DNA from: Eledone cirrhosa
Taxonomy: Eukaryota
DNA length: 64,000 nucleotides
Direction: 5' to 3'
Assembly (NCBI GenBank): GCA_964016885.1
Contig: OZ024741.1
Coordinates: forward strand, 114,204,001-114,268,000
Below are positions 1 through 11,247 of this stretch, piece by piece. The translations under genes were made by a program, and so were the position numbers. Below the pieces are notes generated by a model that saw nothing but the letters and a program-made list of their open reading frames with translations, did not search any database and had not been told where the DNA came from. Numbering within the stretch: position 1 is the stretch's first letter; every line of letters begins with the position of its first letter.

Positions 1-30
1 GAGGTAATTATATTGTATTGTTTATTATAC

Positions 31-66
<36 letters not shown>

Positions 67-340
67 TAAACGGAAAAAATGAAACGAAATTTCATTTCTC
101 ACTCTTAGTACGGCTGTTACTTAAATATAAGTATGTATACGTACATACATATATGTATACAGATGTACAGTAGTATATATATATATATATACATACATGC
201 ACACATATATATATGTACGTATGGATTTACTGAGCATTTATTTATTATAATGCTCGGTTTGTTTGTAAACAAACATCCCGAATTAAGCCGTACAGTGTTT
301 AGCAACCATTTTTGCCCTTTTGTTCAACACTGACAAAGGA

Positions 341-383
341 AGGATGTACTAGTTTCAAGCTTATTAGCTATCGTCAGCACCGT
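341..383 (-). ncRNA. Minimal type-I hammerhead ribozyme (inverted copy)
   Basis: Reverse complement of the 853-895 motif, with one stem I mismatch (catcct). Confidence 0.75.
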
Positions 384-852
384 ATACCTTCCTGCCAGAT
401 GATTGAAAGTCTGAAAGTATATACTTTCCTTATGCCTATTAACAGCTGAGCAGCCTAATTTGCATATCGAGTGAGTTAATCGGCCGGGCGCACCGAAAAC
501 TTAATTTGGGATGTTTGTTTACAAACAAACCGAGCATTATAATAAATGCTCGGTAAATCCATACGTACATATATATATGTGTGCATGTATGTATATATAT
601 ACATACTACTATACGTCTGTATACATATATGTATATACGTATACATGATGATGATGATGATGATGATACTTATATTTAAGTAACAGCCGTACTAAGAGTG
701 AGAAATGAAATTTTGTTTCATTTTTTCCGTTTATCGTTTTCGGTGCGCCTGGCCGATTAACTCACTTGATATGCAAATTAGGCTGCTCAGCTTTTAATAT
801 GCATAAGGAAAGTATATACTTTCAGACGTTCAATCATCTGGCAGGAAGGTAT

Positions 853-895
853 ACGGTGCTGACGATAGCTAATAAGCTTGAAACTAGTACATCGT
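853..895 (+). ncRNA. Minimal type-I hammerhead ribozyme
   Basis: acggtg-CTGACGA-t-agct(aata)agct-t-GAAA-ctagt-A-catcgt: stem I acggtg/catcgt, stem II agct/agct, palindromic stem III ACTAGT, predicted GUA cleavage after 889. Confidence 0.85.
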
Positions 896-1282
896 TCCTT
901 TGTCAGTGTTGAACAAAAGGGCAACGATGGTTGCTAAACACTGTACGGCTTAATTCAGGATGTTTGTTTACAAACAAACCGAGCATTATAATAAATGCTC
1001 CATAAATCCATACGTACATATATATATATGTGTGCATGTATGTATATATATACATACTACTGTACGTCTGTATACATATATGTATGTATGTATACATACT
1101 TATATTTAAGTAACAGCCGTACTAAGAGTGAGAAATGAAATTTTGTTTCATTTTTTCCGTTTATCGTCTTCGGTGTGCCCGGCCGATTAATTTACTCGAT
1201 ATGCAAATTAGGCTGCTCAGCCGTTAATATGCATAAGGAAAGTATATACTTTCAGACATTCAATCATCTGGCAGGAAGGTAT

Positions 1283-1325
1283 ACGGTGCTGACGATAGCT
1301 AATAAGTTTGAAACTAGTACATCGT
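1283..1325 (+). ncRNA. Minimal type-I hammerhead ribozyme (second tandem copy)
   Basis: Same as 853-895; stem II agct/agtt keeps pairing through G-U; predicted cleavage after 1319. Confidence 0.85.
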
Positions 1326-1527
1326 TCCTTTGTCAGTGTTGAACAAAAGGGCAACGATGGTTGCTAAACACTGTACGGCTTAATTTGGGATGTTTGTTTA
1401 CAAACAAACCGAGCATTATAATAAATGCTCGGTAAATCCATACGTACATATATATATGTGTTTGCATGTATATATATATATACATACTACTGTACGTCTG
1501 TATACATATATGTATGTACGTATACAT

Positions 1528-1993
1528 GTATCCCAGTACAACCTGTCTCATGGTCGGGTCATTGGCGACTAAACTGGCAACCCCACCAAGGTTTCTTGGT
1601 GAGGAGGGTGACTTTGGACATCCTGCAGGACTAAAAACAAAACCTGTCAAAGGGTAAAGGAGCTCTTAAGCGTCAATGGCCATCCAAAATCACCGGGAGA
1701 GATGACCCCTTAGCCTTTGTTAAGGCAGAATTCTAGGAGAAGGAAAACTCTGATATAACACCTGCAACCCTGATGGTATCGAATGATGTTGACTTGTTCT
1801 TCTTTTTGGTAAATATCATCTTGATTAAGAGAGTGGGAGTGGCTTTGTGCAGTGCCTTTGCTCACTATAAAAGCTTCACGGCACAGGCATTGCTTTATAT
1901 CTGGAGATTTCTCTGCACTTGTCGTCACATGATAGCATGGGCCTACATGGATATAAAGTAGTGGCCGTACTCGAAAACGAGTTGGCAGCCACC
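1528..1993 (+). mobile_element. Short non-autonomous RTE-derived retroposon inserted into the third hammerhead unit
   Basis: 14-bp target-site duplication ATGTACGTATACAT (1514-1527, 1994-2007); contains an RTE 5'-UTR-like motif ctaggagaaggaaaactctgat; no credible ORF. Confidence 0.65.
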
Positions 1994-2035
1994 ATGTACG
2001 TATACATACTTATATATATATATATATATATATAT

Positions 2036-5000
2036 CATATCCTTTTTACATCTGCTTTTCCATGCTTGCATGAGTTGGATGGGTCCTTCTCATCACGGTA
2101 TCTCTCCTCACATCTCGGTCCTTTGTCATCACTTCTGTGAGTCTCAGCGATTTGCGGTCAGCTCTCACAACCTCTGCCCGGGTCATTTTTGGTTTACCTC
2201 TACAGCGACCTTCTTCCACTGGCATTTCCTCCCACAATGATCATTGTCCATGTGAATCACATGTCCAAATCAATAGTCTTCTCTACTGCACATCACCTAG
2301 GATTCCTCTTAAACCTAATTTCTCTTTCAACTCGTCCAAGCTCTGCCCCTCTCTCCCACTTACATTGCACATCCAATGAGCCATGGTTGCTTACTTTCTC
2401 TCCAGTTTATGCACATCCTCTGCAGTCACAGCCCATGCAGCATCTCATTTTGTGTACACAAGATTTACATTGTATGGGGTTTAAGCCTACTCTTTTTCTC
2501 CATATTGAGCAGAGCAGCTTGTCTGGTGGAACCTGGGTTCCATCTTCTTTCCTAATCACTAGTACTTTAGTTTTGGCTAAGTTTACTATCAGGCTTTTTG
2601 ATTCTAAATTCTGTTTCCATAGACAGGACTTATTTTCTAGGTCCTTAATGGATTCAGCTATAAGAACCAGCTCATCTGCTTAGAGAAATTCCCATAGGCA
2701 GCCAGTCTTAAACTGCTCTGTTATTGCCTGGAGGACTATAATGGCTAATAGTGGGCTAAGAACCGAACCTTGATGAACTCTTACTTGTACATTGAATTCC
2801 TCACTAAACTCATTTCCTACTCTCACTTTGCTGACAGCTCCTCTGCACTTCTCTCAACAACCATTCTTCTACACCTAATTTTCTTAAGTACCACCAGATA
2901 GTAGATCAGTGTACTCTGTTAAATGCTTTTTCTAGATCAATGAAATCTATGGATAATGGCTTATTTTTGGCTTAGAACTTCTCTTGTAGTTGCCCCACTA
3001 AAAAGAGGGTAGCATCTGTAGTACTTTCCCCAAACATGAAACCAAACTGCATCTCATCTAATTTAACTTTTTCTCTAATTAGTTGCACTGTAACTCTTTC
3101 CATCACTTTCATAACGTGGTCTATTAGTTTTATTCCACTATTGTTGCTCCTCTCTAGGGCATCATCTTTGCCCTTGTAGCAATTTATGATTGTATCGCTG
3201 TGCCAGTAATTGAGTATCACAGCACCATATATTACCTGATTGACTATGCAGGTTTGACTCCTACTTCTCCCAATGCTTTTAGCATCTCAGCAGCTATCTC
3301 TGATGATCCTGCAGCTTTACCATTTTTCATTTCTTTAATTGCTACTTTAACCCTATAACTTTCAACTTCAATAGCTGGCCCTTCTGTTGAGTGGGTTGGG
3401 GGTAGTTTCTCTTCCTCCCATTCATTCTCTATATTCATCAGTCTCTCATAGTAACATTTCCAGGCCTCTTTCTTCTGAGCATCAGAGGAGATAAACACAC
3501 CAGTGTTGTTTCTAACACACTTTCCCCCAACAACATCTTTATTTACACTGACACACAGCCTTGGAATGTGGAACACTTTAGATCACTGATCCTCACATCT
3601 CAGGATGTTGGCAAAATTTTTTTCTACAGCCTCTCTCCAAGCTGTGTATACTTGTCACTTAGCTTCCAATCTCTGCTACCTCCATTTTACCAGGCTTTTC
3701 AACCTGTCTATTGGTGTTGGTGGCTCTATCCACTGAGCTGTTCCATCACCTTCTGTCTGGCTGGTGGTCTATTCCAGCCTCAAGTTTCTTCAGTAGTTTC
3801 TGAAAGGTTGTCACATAAGAATTTCCTGTTGTCCTCTGTCATAGGTATTTAGCTCGGCACTTTTCTCATCAAATGCATCTCATAGGGCCTTTCTAAATTT
3901 ATATTTAACTGAGAGTTCCTTTAGCTTCCAGACCCATCATCTCCATATTTTTCTGCATGTTTTATTCTGTCTCATGCTTATTTTGATATCACTAATATCT
4001 AACTTGTGCTGAGTGGTGCATTCTTTCTCAGGGAATCCCTTAGTCTTTATTACAGTCCGTTTGTCTTATTGTCTAACAAGTAAATAGTTAATTTGGCTTT
4101 TGTGTTCACCTGATTGATATGAGATCGGCTTGCTGGCTGGTTTCCTGAAATTCCAGGAGTCTCAATTCCTCTTCATTTCTTGAGCCATAACCATATCCAC
4201 CATAAACTCTCCTGAATCCATCCTGGTACTGCCCACATGACCATTGAAGTCACTTGCCAAGATGATAAGGTCACCTTTATTGGTACCTGAAGTCGTCTGT
4301 AAAAGTTCTTCATAGAACCTGTCTTTTTGTTCTTTACTCAGTCTGGTCTGTGGGGTATAGATAGATGTAATTGACACCATTCTATTTCCTACTGCTAATC
4401 TAAGCTTGATAATTCTGTTGCTTACTCTTACTTTTATTACTTTATCCATTTCTCAGCTAGTAAGATTCCTACATCTCCTACCCCATCGTCATTTTCTATC
4501 CTGTAAAGCTTGTATCTGTGCTGTTTGTTTTTCAGTAATCTTGCTGAGGCACCCTCCATCTCACCTCTTGTATGCAGCAAATGTCCACTTCTTTCCTCTT
4601 TAGCAGTTCCATAATTTTGCCTTCCTATCACAAACCACCTTACAGTATGGACTGGGGACATTATTCGTGCCACCAGCACTAGAGAGCTTGCTTACTGAAA
4701 TTAAGGGTCCTCTCCATCCTGTGTTACTTTTTATTTGGAGTGTCTACTCTCCTAGATGAGTTGCTTTCACTACAGCTTACAGGGCCCATGTCTACCCCAT
4801 GCAGTAGTCTTTAATTGTAGTTACTGCCTTCGTAGATGAGTTGCCTTCACTACAGCTTATGGAGCTCATGTCTACACCATTCAGTCGTTTTTAATTGGAG
4901 TTACTGCTCTCCTAGGCACACTACCTTCATTTCAGGTACAGGGTCTATGTCTACTCTTGGAAATTATTTGTTAGTTTTTTCATTTTACCATCTTATACGA

Positions 5001-5355
5001 CTTGCTGTCACACTAGCTCACAATGTTCAGGGAAGTGTGTGTGTGTGTGTGGGGGGGGGGGGGGTAACTGATGTCAGAGGGGGAAGTGTGGTGGTGAGGA
5101 AAGCAACAGGCAGGAAGTTGATAGGATGGGTGACTTTGAAAGCAGGGTATGCAGTTCATGATGCAGTCCAATTGCCTTGGCGGAGAGTGTGACTATGGAG
5201 ACTTGCTCCCCACATTTGTGATGTGATATGAACTAATTTTAATGTGAGTAAAAGCATTTCTACCAACAGGCCTCGCTTTGGGTTTGATAACCCTCTCCAC
5301 TGGACTTGATGTCCCCCTGTTAGTAACAGCCTGGCACCAGGCCTGCCATGATGAT
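2036..5355 (-). mobile_element. Degenerate near-full-length RTE LINE (APE endonuclease + RT, frameshifted, internal deletion)
   Basis: Fragments GVGILLAEKW, SDFNGHVG, YKGKDDALE..GIKLIDHVMK, QFGFM, RGKPKMT; start of the PHD finger followed by a deletion near 2460; ~80-bp tandem repeats at 4753-4960. Confidence 0.85.
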
Positions 5356-5374
5356 GCTTATTGATTACAAGAGA

Positions 5375-6130
5375 AATCAGTAAATCAGTTCAATTCTTCT
5401 TTTTGGCAAATTCATCAATCACTTTGCTATAAAATGTATCACCACCACGCTCTACATTCATTTTCTTCAAAAGGTCTTTATTTATGGAAAGGAAGACCAA
5501 ATTGCTCAATCTCTTTTCTTTTTGAGAACCCCCTCATATAATTATTTACTCGCATTAATAAAAAAAAAACAACCTTTCACATGAAGCAGATGTGGCAGAA
5601 ATGGTCAGATCAGGCATAATACTTTTGTTATTTCTGCTAGAGCTTGATTTAGTTCAAGTTTCGCTTTGCAAAATCTGCAGGCATAAAATGATTTCAGCTC
5701 ACATTTCAATCCATCGAAATCCAATATGTTTATATAGACATCCAAAGATGAAAATTCTTCCATCAGAAATTTCTTTGTAAGTTTGAAAAAGCTCCAGATT
5801 CAACAATTCAACAAATCTGAACTCTCCCACCATTTAAAATCTTTACTCAATAACTTCATCTAAAACGTTGTTAAACAAAGTTCTTAAAACAGCTTCTGGT
5901 TCTTGATATTGACCATGCTTCTTTGGTAGTTCAGTGACATCTTCCAGAACCCAGCAGTAAAATTCCTCAAACTTGTTATTCTTGATATTCACCAATTGTT
6001 TTTTGAAGTTTTCAACCTCACAAATGCATATCGAAATATCAAGCGAACCTTTTTGAAGAATAGAAAACCACTAATAAAAATTTAAACTGAAAATCTGCTA
6101 GGATTGCATTCCAATCATCTAGATTTTCTA
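5375..6130 (-). pseudogene. hAT-superfamily transposase relic (C-terminal dimerization domain)
   Basis: Minus-strand translation near 5460-5620 gives LTISATSASCER..RVNNYMR..QKEKRLSNLVFLSINKDLL, the hAT dimerization signature; broken by indels. Confidence 0.7.
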
Positions 6131-6765
6131 ATATGGTTGAAAATAGCTAAAAAAAAACACAGCCATGGGTTGGATAGTCATTACAGTCCGAGTCAGTTCC
6201 CATTCAAAGTTACTGTCCTGTTAGTTGAGTCTGTGGACCATAGTTAGCTTGTACATTCCATTATTGGTATGATATCTGTAGTTGGTTGCTCTTTACAGTA
6301 TCCTTCACTTTACAGAGTGTACTGGGTGCATTTTATTGTGACACCAACACTAGAGATGTCATGTCCTCAACACATCTAAAGCGTCCACTATCCACTGTAT
6401 TGAAGACAACATAGGATATATAAAAGAAACCTTAATTGGTCCAGGTGAGAAATTCTTTTCCCTCTTGGTATTCATTACTGTTGTTATATACTATGGCTAT
6501 ATACTCCCTAGACTATATATTATTCATTGTTTCTCCTTTATATAACTTAACATTTTTACTCTGGTGGAGAAATAAATTTATCCATTTCTCTCATCACCGA
6601 GTGCTTTGGTACTGCCTCAAGAATTCAAATGGTGTATTCCCTATAGCAGCTTAATATAATATAAGATATATATAATATATAAATATACATTAAACTGTGA
6701 TGATGATAATACACACAGACACACATACATGCACACATATATCTACGTGTGTGTGTGTGTATATA

Positions 6766-7090
6766 TCATCATCATCGTTTAACATCTATCTTCCACACTA
6801 GCATGGGTTTAGACAGGAATTGTCCCACTTGAGGCAAGATTGGTTGTCTTGCTCGTGTAGGACTGTCTGGCCGGTTTTCTATGGCTGGATGCCCTTCCTA
6901 ACACCAACCACGTGTACAGTGTGGACTGGGAGGTTTTTACCGTGTTATCTACAAGGCCACATTACAGCGTGGACTGTGTGTTTTTTTTGTTGTGACACCT
7001 ATACGACCTCATTTATTTAGGATTGGATGTAGCGGTACCAACATAGCTTTACAGCGAAAGGGGTGATGTAGATGGGGGTGAGGGTGAGTT
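6766..7090 (-). mobile_element. Solo 3' UTR of RTE family A (5'-truncated insertion)
   Basis: Aligns with 8652-9000; (CAT)n tail next to a TA tract. Confidence 0.75.
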
Positions 7091-8164
7091 TTGGTTATTT
7101 ATATATATCATCATCACAGTTTAATGTATATTTTTCATGCTTTCAAGAGTTAGATGGGTGACCATGTCTTGTTCATATGATCTGATTTTGGTTTGGTTTT
7201 CTATAGCTGGATCCCTTTCCTAATGACAATCAATTTACAGCTCATACTGGGAGCTTTCTTTTTGTGGATCCACTCCTATCACCCTACCCAGTTCTTTTCG
7301 TTGTGGCTTCAGAATGATTTCCTTACTGGGTGGACTTGGTGCATTTTGTTGTGGCCCTAGGTACTCCTATTACACAGGGTGGACTGCATGCTTCTGCTTT
7401 GGCTTCAGCTCTGTGGCAGAGCAAATGGTATGTTATGGCGGTGGCTTTGAAGTGTGCAAGTTAATCTTTTAAAATATCTTCTTTTCTGTCCACTTATTCC
7501 TGGGAGGGTCGTGTGGGTAGAGTCCTCAAACACACCTGCCAGCTGGTCCTGTGAGAAACAGCGCCATCACCAATTGATCCAACTGGATCCCCAAGCATGA
7601 CCAACCAAGCTCATGGATGTTATCCAACCATCTTGCTCAGGGTTTATCTATGGGTCTTCTGCCAGCTGGTTTTGCCCATAAAATCTCTCCAGCAATTCTT
7701 TCCTGTGACATTCTAACCACATGTCCATAGTATCAGAGCTGTGATATCTCAATTTAGAGAAGTAGCAGCTCAACAGAGTTTGACTCTCTGTAACTGGAAG
7801 GTGAAACCAAAAGTATATTTTTATGAAACTTTGTATCAATTTCATGTTCAATAATATTGGAGAACTTGTTATGTGTTATTTATAAACTACTTTATTGCAT
7901 CCTTTCAAAGGTGAAATGACAATGTTCGAACCACTTTTAAATATTTCATTGATATTCATAGAAATAGAAATTTGAAGAATTGTAAAGTGGTTACATTTGA
8001 AAGTTGTGTGCATTAATGGTATCTGTCTGGATTTAGTGATTGCCCCTTCCCCTTACTCTACATCTGTCCCTATTGTACAAACACACATTCATTATACATA
8101 CACATATATATATCATCATCATTGTTGGCTTTTCCTGTTAGCAAACGTTGGACATATATATATA

Positions 8165-8540
8165 TCATCATCATCATCATCATCGTTTAACGTCCCTGTT
8201 CCATGCTTGCATGGGTTTGGAGGGGGTTTTCCCACTTGAGGCAAGAGTGGTTGTCTTGCTCGCATAGGACTGTCTGGCGGGTTTTCTACAGCTGGATGCC
8301 CTTCCTAACACCAACCACATTTACAGTGTGGGGCTGGGAGGTTTTTACCGTGTTGCCTACACGGCCACATTACAGCATGGAGTGTGTGTTTTTTGTCGTG
8401 ACACCTACACGATCTCGTTTGTTTCGGCCTGGATGTTGTGGCACCAACATAACTTTGCATTGAAGGGGGCAGTGTGGATGGGGTGGGACGGGGGTGTATT
8501 TTGTTAGAGATGCCTACTGACTAGTAGGTTTTACTTTGTA
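8165..8540 (-). mobile_element. Solo 3' UTR of RTE family A
   Basis: Near-identical to 8652-9043, with (CAT)n tail. Confidence 0.85.
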
Positions 8541-8651
8541 TTTATATATATATATATACACATGTACATGTATATATATATTTATATATATACATGTCCA
8601 AGTATATATATATATATATAAATATATATAAATGTATATATATATATATAT

Positions 8652-10625
8652 CATCATCATCATCATCATCAACGTTTAACGTCCGTGTTCCACGCTTGCA
8701 TGGGTTTGGACGGGGGTTTTCCCACTTGAGGCAAGAGTGATTGTCTTGCTCGCATAGGACTGTCTGGCAGGTTTTCTACAGTTGGATGCCCTTCCTAACA
8801 CCAACCACATTTAGAGTGTGGGTCTGGGAGGTTTTTACCGTGTTGCCTACACGGCCACATTACAGCGTGGACTGTGTGTTTTTTTGTCGTGACACCTACA
8901 CGATCTCATTTGTTTCGGCCTGGATGGTGTAGCACCAACATAACTTTACATAGAAGGGGGCGGTGTGGATGGGGTGGGGGTGGTGGGACGGGGGTGTATT
9001 TTGTTAGAGATGCCTACTGACTGTAGTAGGTTTTACTTTGTATTTAGGTAAGGCGGGTCTTCTCTATTACTGAGTACCGCCAAAGGTCTCGGTCCAGTGA
9101 CATTGTCTTGGTGAGGTGTAAGTGTGTGAGGTCGGAGTTTATCAGCTCGTCCCAGGTTTTTCTCGGTCTGCCTATTCCGTGGCTACCGTCTATCTTTATT
9201 GCCCTGCACTTTGTTATACAGCTATCGTCCTTCATGCCCATCACGTGACCATACCAACGTAGCCTTCTCTCTAGTAAACAACATCTGATCCCTCTTATTT
9301 CTAATTTTTTCCTTAGTTCGTTTATGCTTTGTCGTTCACGTATATTACTATTACACATCCAGCGGAGCATGCAAGCTTCGTTTCTCTCTAGTCTGCGTAT
9401 ATCCTCTGCACACAATGCCCAGGTCTCACTGCCATGCAACATTGCTGTTCGTATGCAGGCATCGTACAGCCTGCCTTTCATTTTTAGGGAGAACCCTTTA
9501 GCGGCTAATAGTGGTATAAGCTCTCTGAACTTTTTCCACCCAGTTCTGACTCTAGCTACTGTACTTTCAGAGCACCCTCCCCCACTGCTGATTTTGTCAC
9601 CCAGGTAACGGAAGCTGTCCACTATTTCTATAGAACCCTCTGCGCAGTTGAAAGAGCTAGTATTTTGTGGACACTTGCTACTACTTATTGCCCCAGAACA
9701 CCGGCCACATGTAAAATCTATGTTCTTAGTTAGCTTACCTGTGATCCCACTACATCTTTTATGCACCCAAACTTTGCATTTGGGACACAAAATGGAATTT
9801 CTACCTACGCCTTTCCTACACTCTGCGCATGGCCACTTCCCGGAGGGGACCGCCGCCTTATTTTCTTTCTTACAAACTAGAACTTTAGTCTTAGCCAGGT
9901 TAATTTTAAGGCCTTTTGATTCTAGGCCGTGCTTCCATGTTTGGAATTTCTTCTCTAGCTCGGCCATTGATTCAGTTATGAGCGTTAGATCATCTGCGTA
10001 TAGGAGTTCCCATGGGCAGCCGGTCTTGAACTCCACTGTTATAGCCTGGAGGGCAATAATAAATAGTAGGGGGCTAAGAACAGAGCCCTGATGAACACCA
10101 ACTTTTACACTAAACTCTTCACTATATTCGTTGTTAATTCTAACCTTGCTGACTGTTTCTTTATACATGGCTTGTATAGCTCTCACAAGCCATTCATCAA
10201 CACCTAGTTTTCTAAGAGCCCACCAGATAATGGAACGGGGGACTCTGTCGAAGGCCTTCTCCAAGTCGACGAAAGCTAAGTATAGGGGTTTACTTTTAGC
10301 TAGGTACTTCTCCTGTAGTTGTCGTACAATGAAAAGAGCGTCTGTGGTACTTTTTCCTGACACAAACCCGAACTGCATTTCATCTAGATCAATTCGCTCT
10401 CTGATTAGTTGCGCTATTACTTTTTCCGTGACCTTCATGACCTGGTCGATTAATTTAATGCCTCTATAGTCACTCCTATCTAGGGCATCTCCTTTACCCT
10501 TATAACAGTTAACGATAATGCTGCTACGCCAGTCCTTCGGAACAACCCCATTCCGTATGACTTGGTTGACTATCCGGGTGACCATGGTGTGTCCCACCGT
10601 ACCAGATGCCTTCAGCATCTCGGCA
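8652..10625 (-). mobile_element. 5'-truncated young RTE LINE (family A)
   Basis: Uninterrupted 524-aa frame plus 3' UTR and (GAT)n tail; close copy at 62506-64000. Confidence 0.95.
9044..10618 (-). CDS. RTE reverse transcriptase (partial) with inserted PHD finger
   Basis: Motifs FVDLEKAFD, GVHQGSVLSP, YADD, FRYLG, LRWYGHV; C4HC3 finger at 9698-9829. Confidence 0.92.
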   Translation of the reverse strand: MLKASGTVGHTMVTRIVNQVIRNGVVPKDWRSSIIVNCYKGKGDALDRSDYRGIKLIDQVMKVTEKVIAQLIRERIDLDEMQFGFVSGKSTTDALFIVRQLQEKYLAKSKPLYLAFVDLEKAFDRVPRSIIWWALRKLGVDEWLVRAIQAMYKETVSKVRINNEYSEEFSVKVGVHQGSVLSPLLFIIALQAITVEFKTGCPWELLYADDLTLITESMAELEKKFQTWKHGLESKGLKINLAKTKVLVCKKENKAAVPSGKWPCAECRKGVGRNSILCPKCKVWVHKRCSGITGKLTKNIDFTCGRCSGAISSSKCPQNTSSFNCAEGSIEIVDSFRYLGDKISSGGGCSESTVARVRTGWKKFRELIPLLAAKGFSLKMKGRLYDACIRTAMLHGSETWALCAEDIRRLERNEACMLRWMCNSNIRERQSINELRKKLEIRGIRCCLLERRLRWYGHVMGMKDDSCITKCRAIKIDGSHGIGRPRKTWDELINSDLTHLHLTKTMSLDRDLWRYSVIEKTRLT

Positions 10626-10716
10626 AATATATATATATAGTTGTTTTATAGTAAGGTGCATTATTGGTTGTGTAAAATGGTCCAATAACTTTATGTTAGC
10701 AATATTAAGTTCTCCA

Positions 10717-11067
10717 CATCATCATTCATCATCATCATCATTTTACGTCCACTTTTCCCTGCTTGCAAGGGTGGGACTGGAACTGATTCTGGCTTGAATT
10801 CTACAGCTGGATGCCCTTCCTAATACCAACCTCATTTACAGTGAGTGCTGGCTGCTTTTTTGCCATGGCACCTACACGACCACTTTGCAGTGGAATGATA
10901 GGGACCCCAGTCCCTATCATCTCATTTCTACCGCTGAGTAAACTGGAGCAATGTGAAATAAAGTGTCTTGCTCAAGGAAACAACACATCACCCGGTCTGA
11001 GAATTGAACTCACAACCTTTCGATTGCAAGCCCAATGCTCTAACCACAAAGCCATGTGCCTCCACGC
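10717..11067 (-). mobile_element. tRNA-derived SINE family 1 (full length) with RTE-derived 3' part
   Basis: Head with A box TGGCTTTGTGG and B box GTTCAATTCT, central ccttgagcaagacac block, RTE-like tail ending in (GAT)n. Confidence 0.85.
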
Positions 11068-11173
11068 TTTCGTATATCTCCAATTCCATTCAAATGAACA
11101 GCTAGATGATGTAAAACGGAGTATAAGTATCAAAATGAAAATCCAAAGGCAAGGTAAAATTCCATTCATTTAA

Positions 11174-11247
11174 TCACGACACATGTTTCAATAAGAGATA
11201 GATTGATTGTGAAGCCATGATCGATTATCACTGATCTCATCAGGTGA
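11174..11247 (-). ncRNA. Hammerhead-like motif in the PLE 3' pseudo-LTR (long stem II)
   Basis: Minus strand tcac-CTGATGA-(47 nt)-GAAA-catgtgt-C-gtga. Confidence 0.6.

Larger units (their letters stand above)
65..2015. mobile_element. ORF-less hammerhead-bearing element: one inverted ~435-bp unit (65-500), then tandem direct units (501-735 partial, 736-1165, 1166-2015 interrupted)
   Basis: 430-bp period visible (e.g. 841 vs 1271); 65-500 is the reverse complement of 736-1165; inverted-plus-tandem layout is typical of PLE insertions. Confidence 0.85.

Noticed and set aside
117-1657. Short YIYI/ICIH-rich ORFs, including repeated MLGLFVNKHPELSRTVFSNH peptides
   Set aside because: They read through TA/CA microsatellites and the antisense strand of the hairpin-rich repeat; no protein motif.
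2037-2044. ATATCCTT, a perfect U12 donor sequence
   Set aside because: It lies at the junction of a TA microsatellite and an RTE tail, with no coding exon upstream.
9324-10469. Long + strand ORFs overlapping the RTE (also 16827-17462, 62968-63909)
   Set aside because: Antisense shadows of the RT frame with no domain features.
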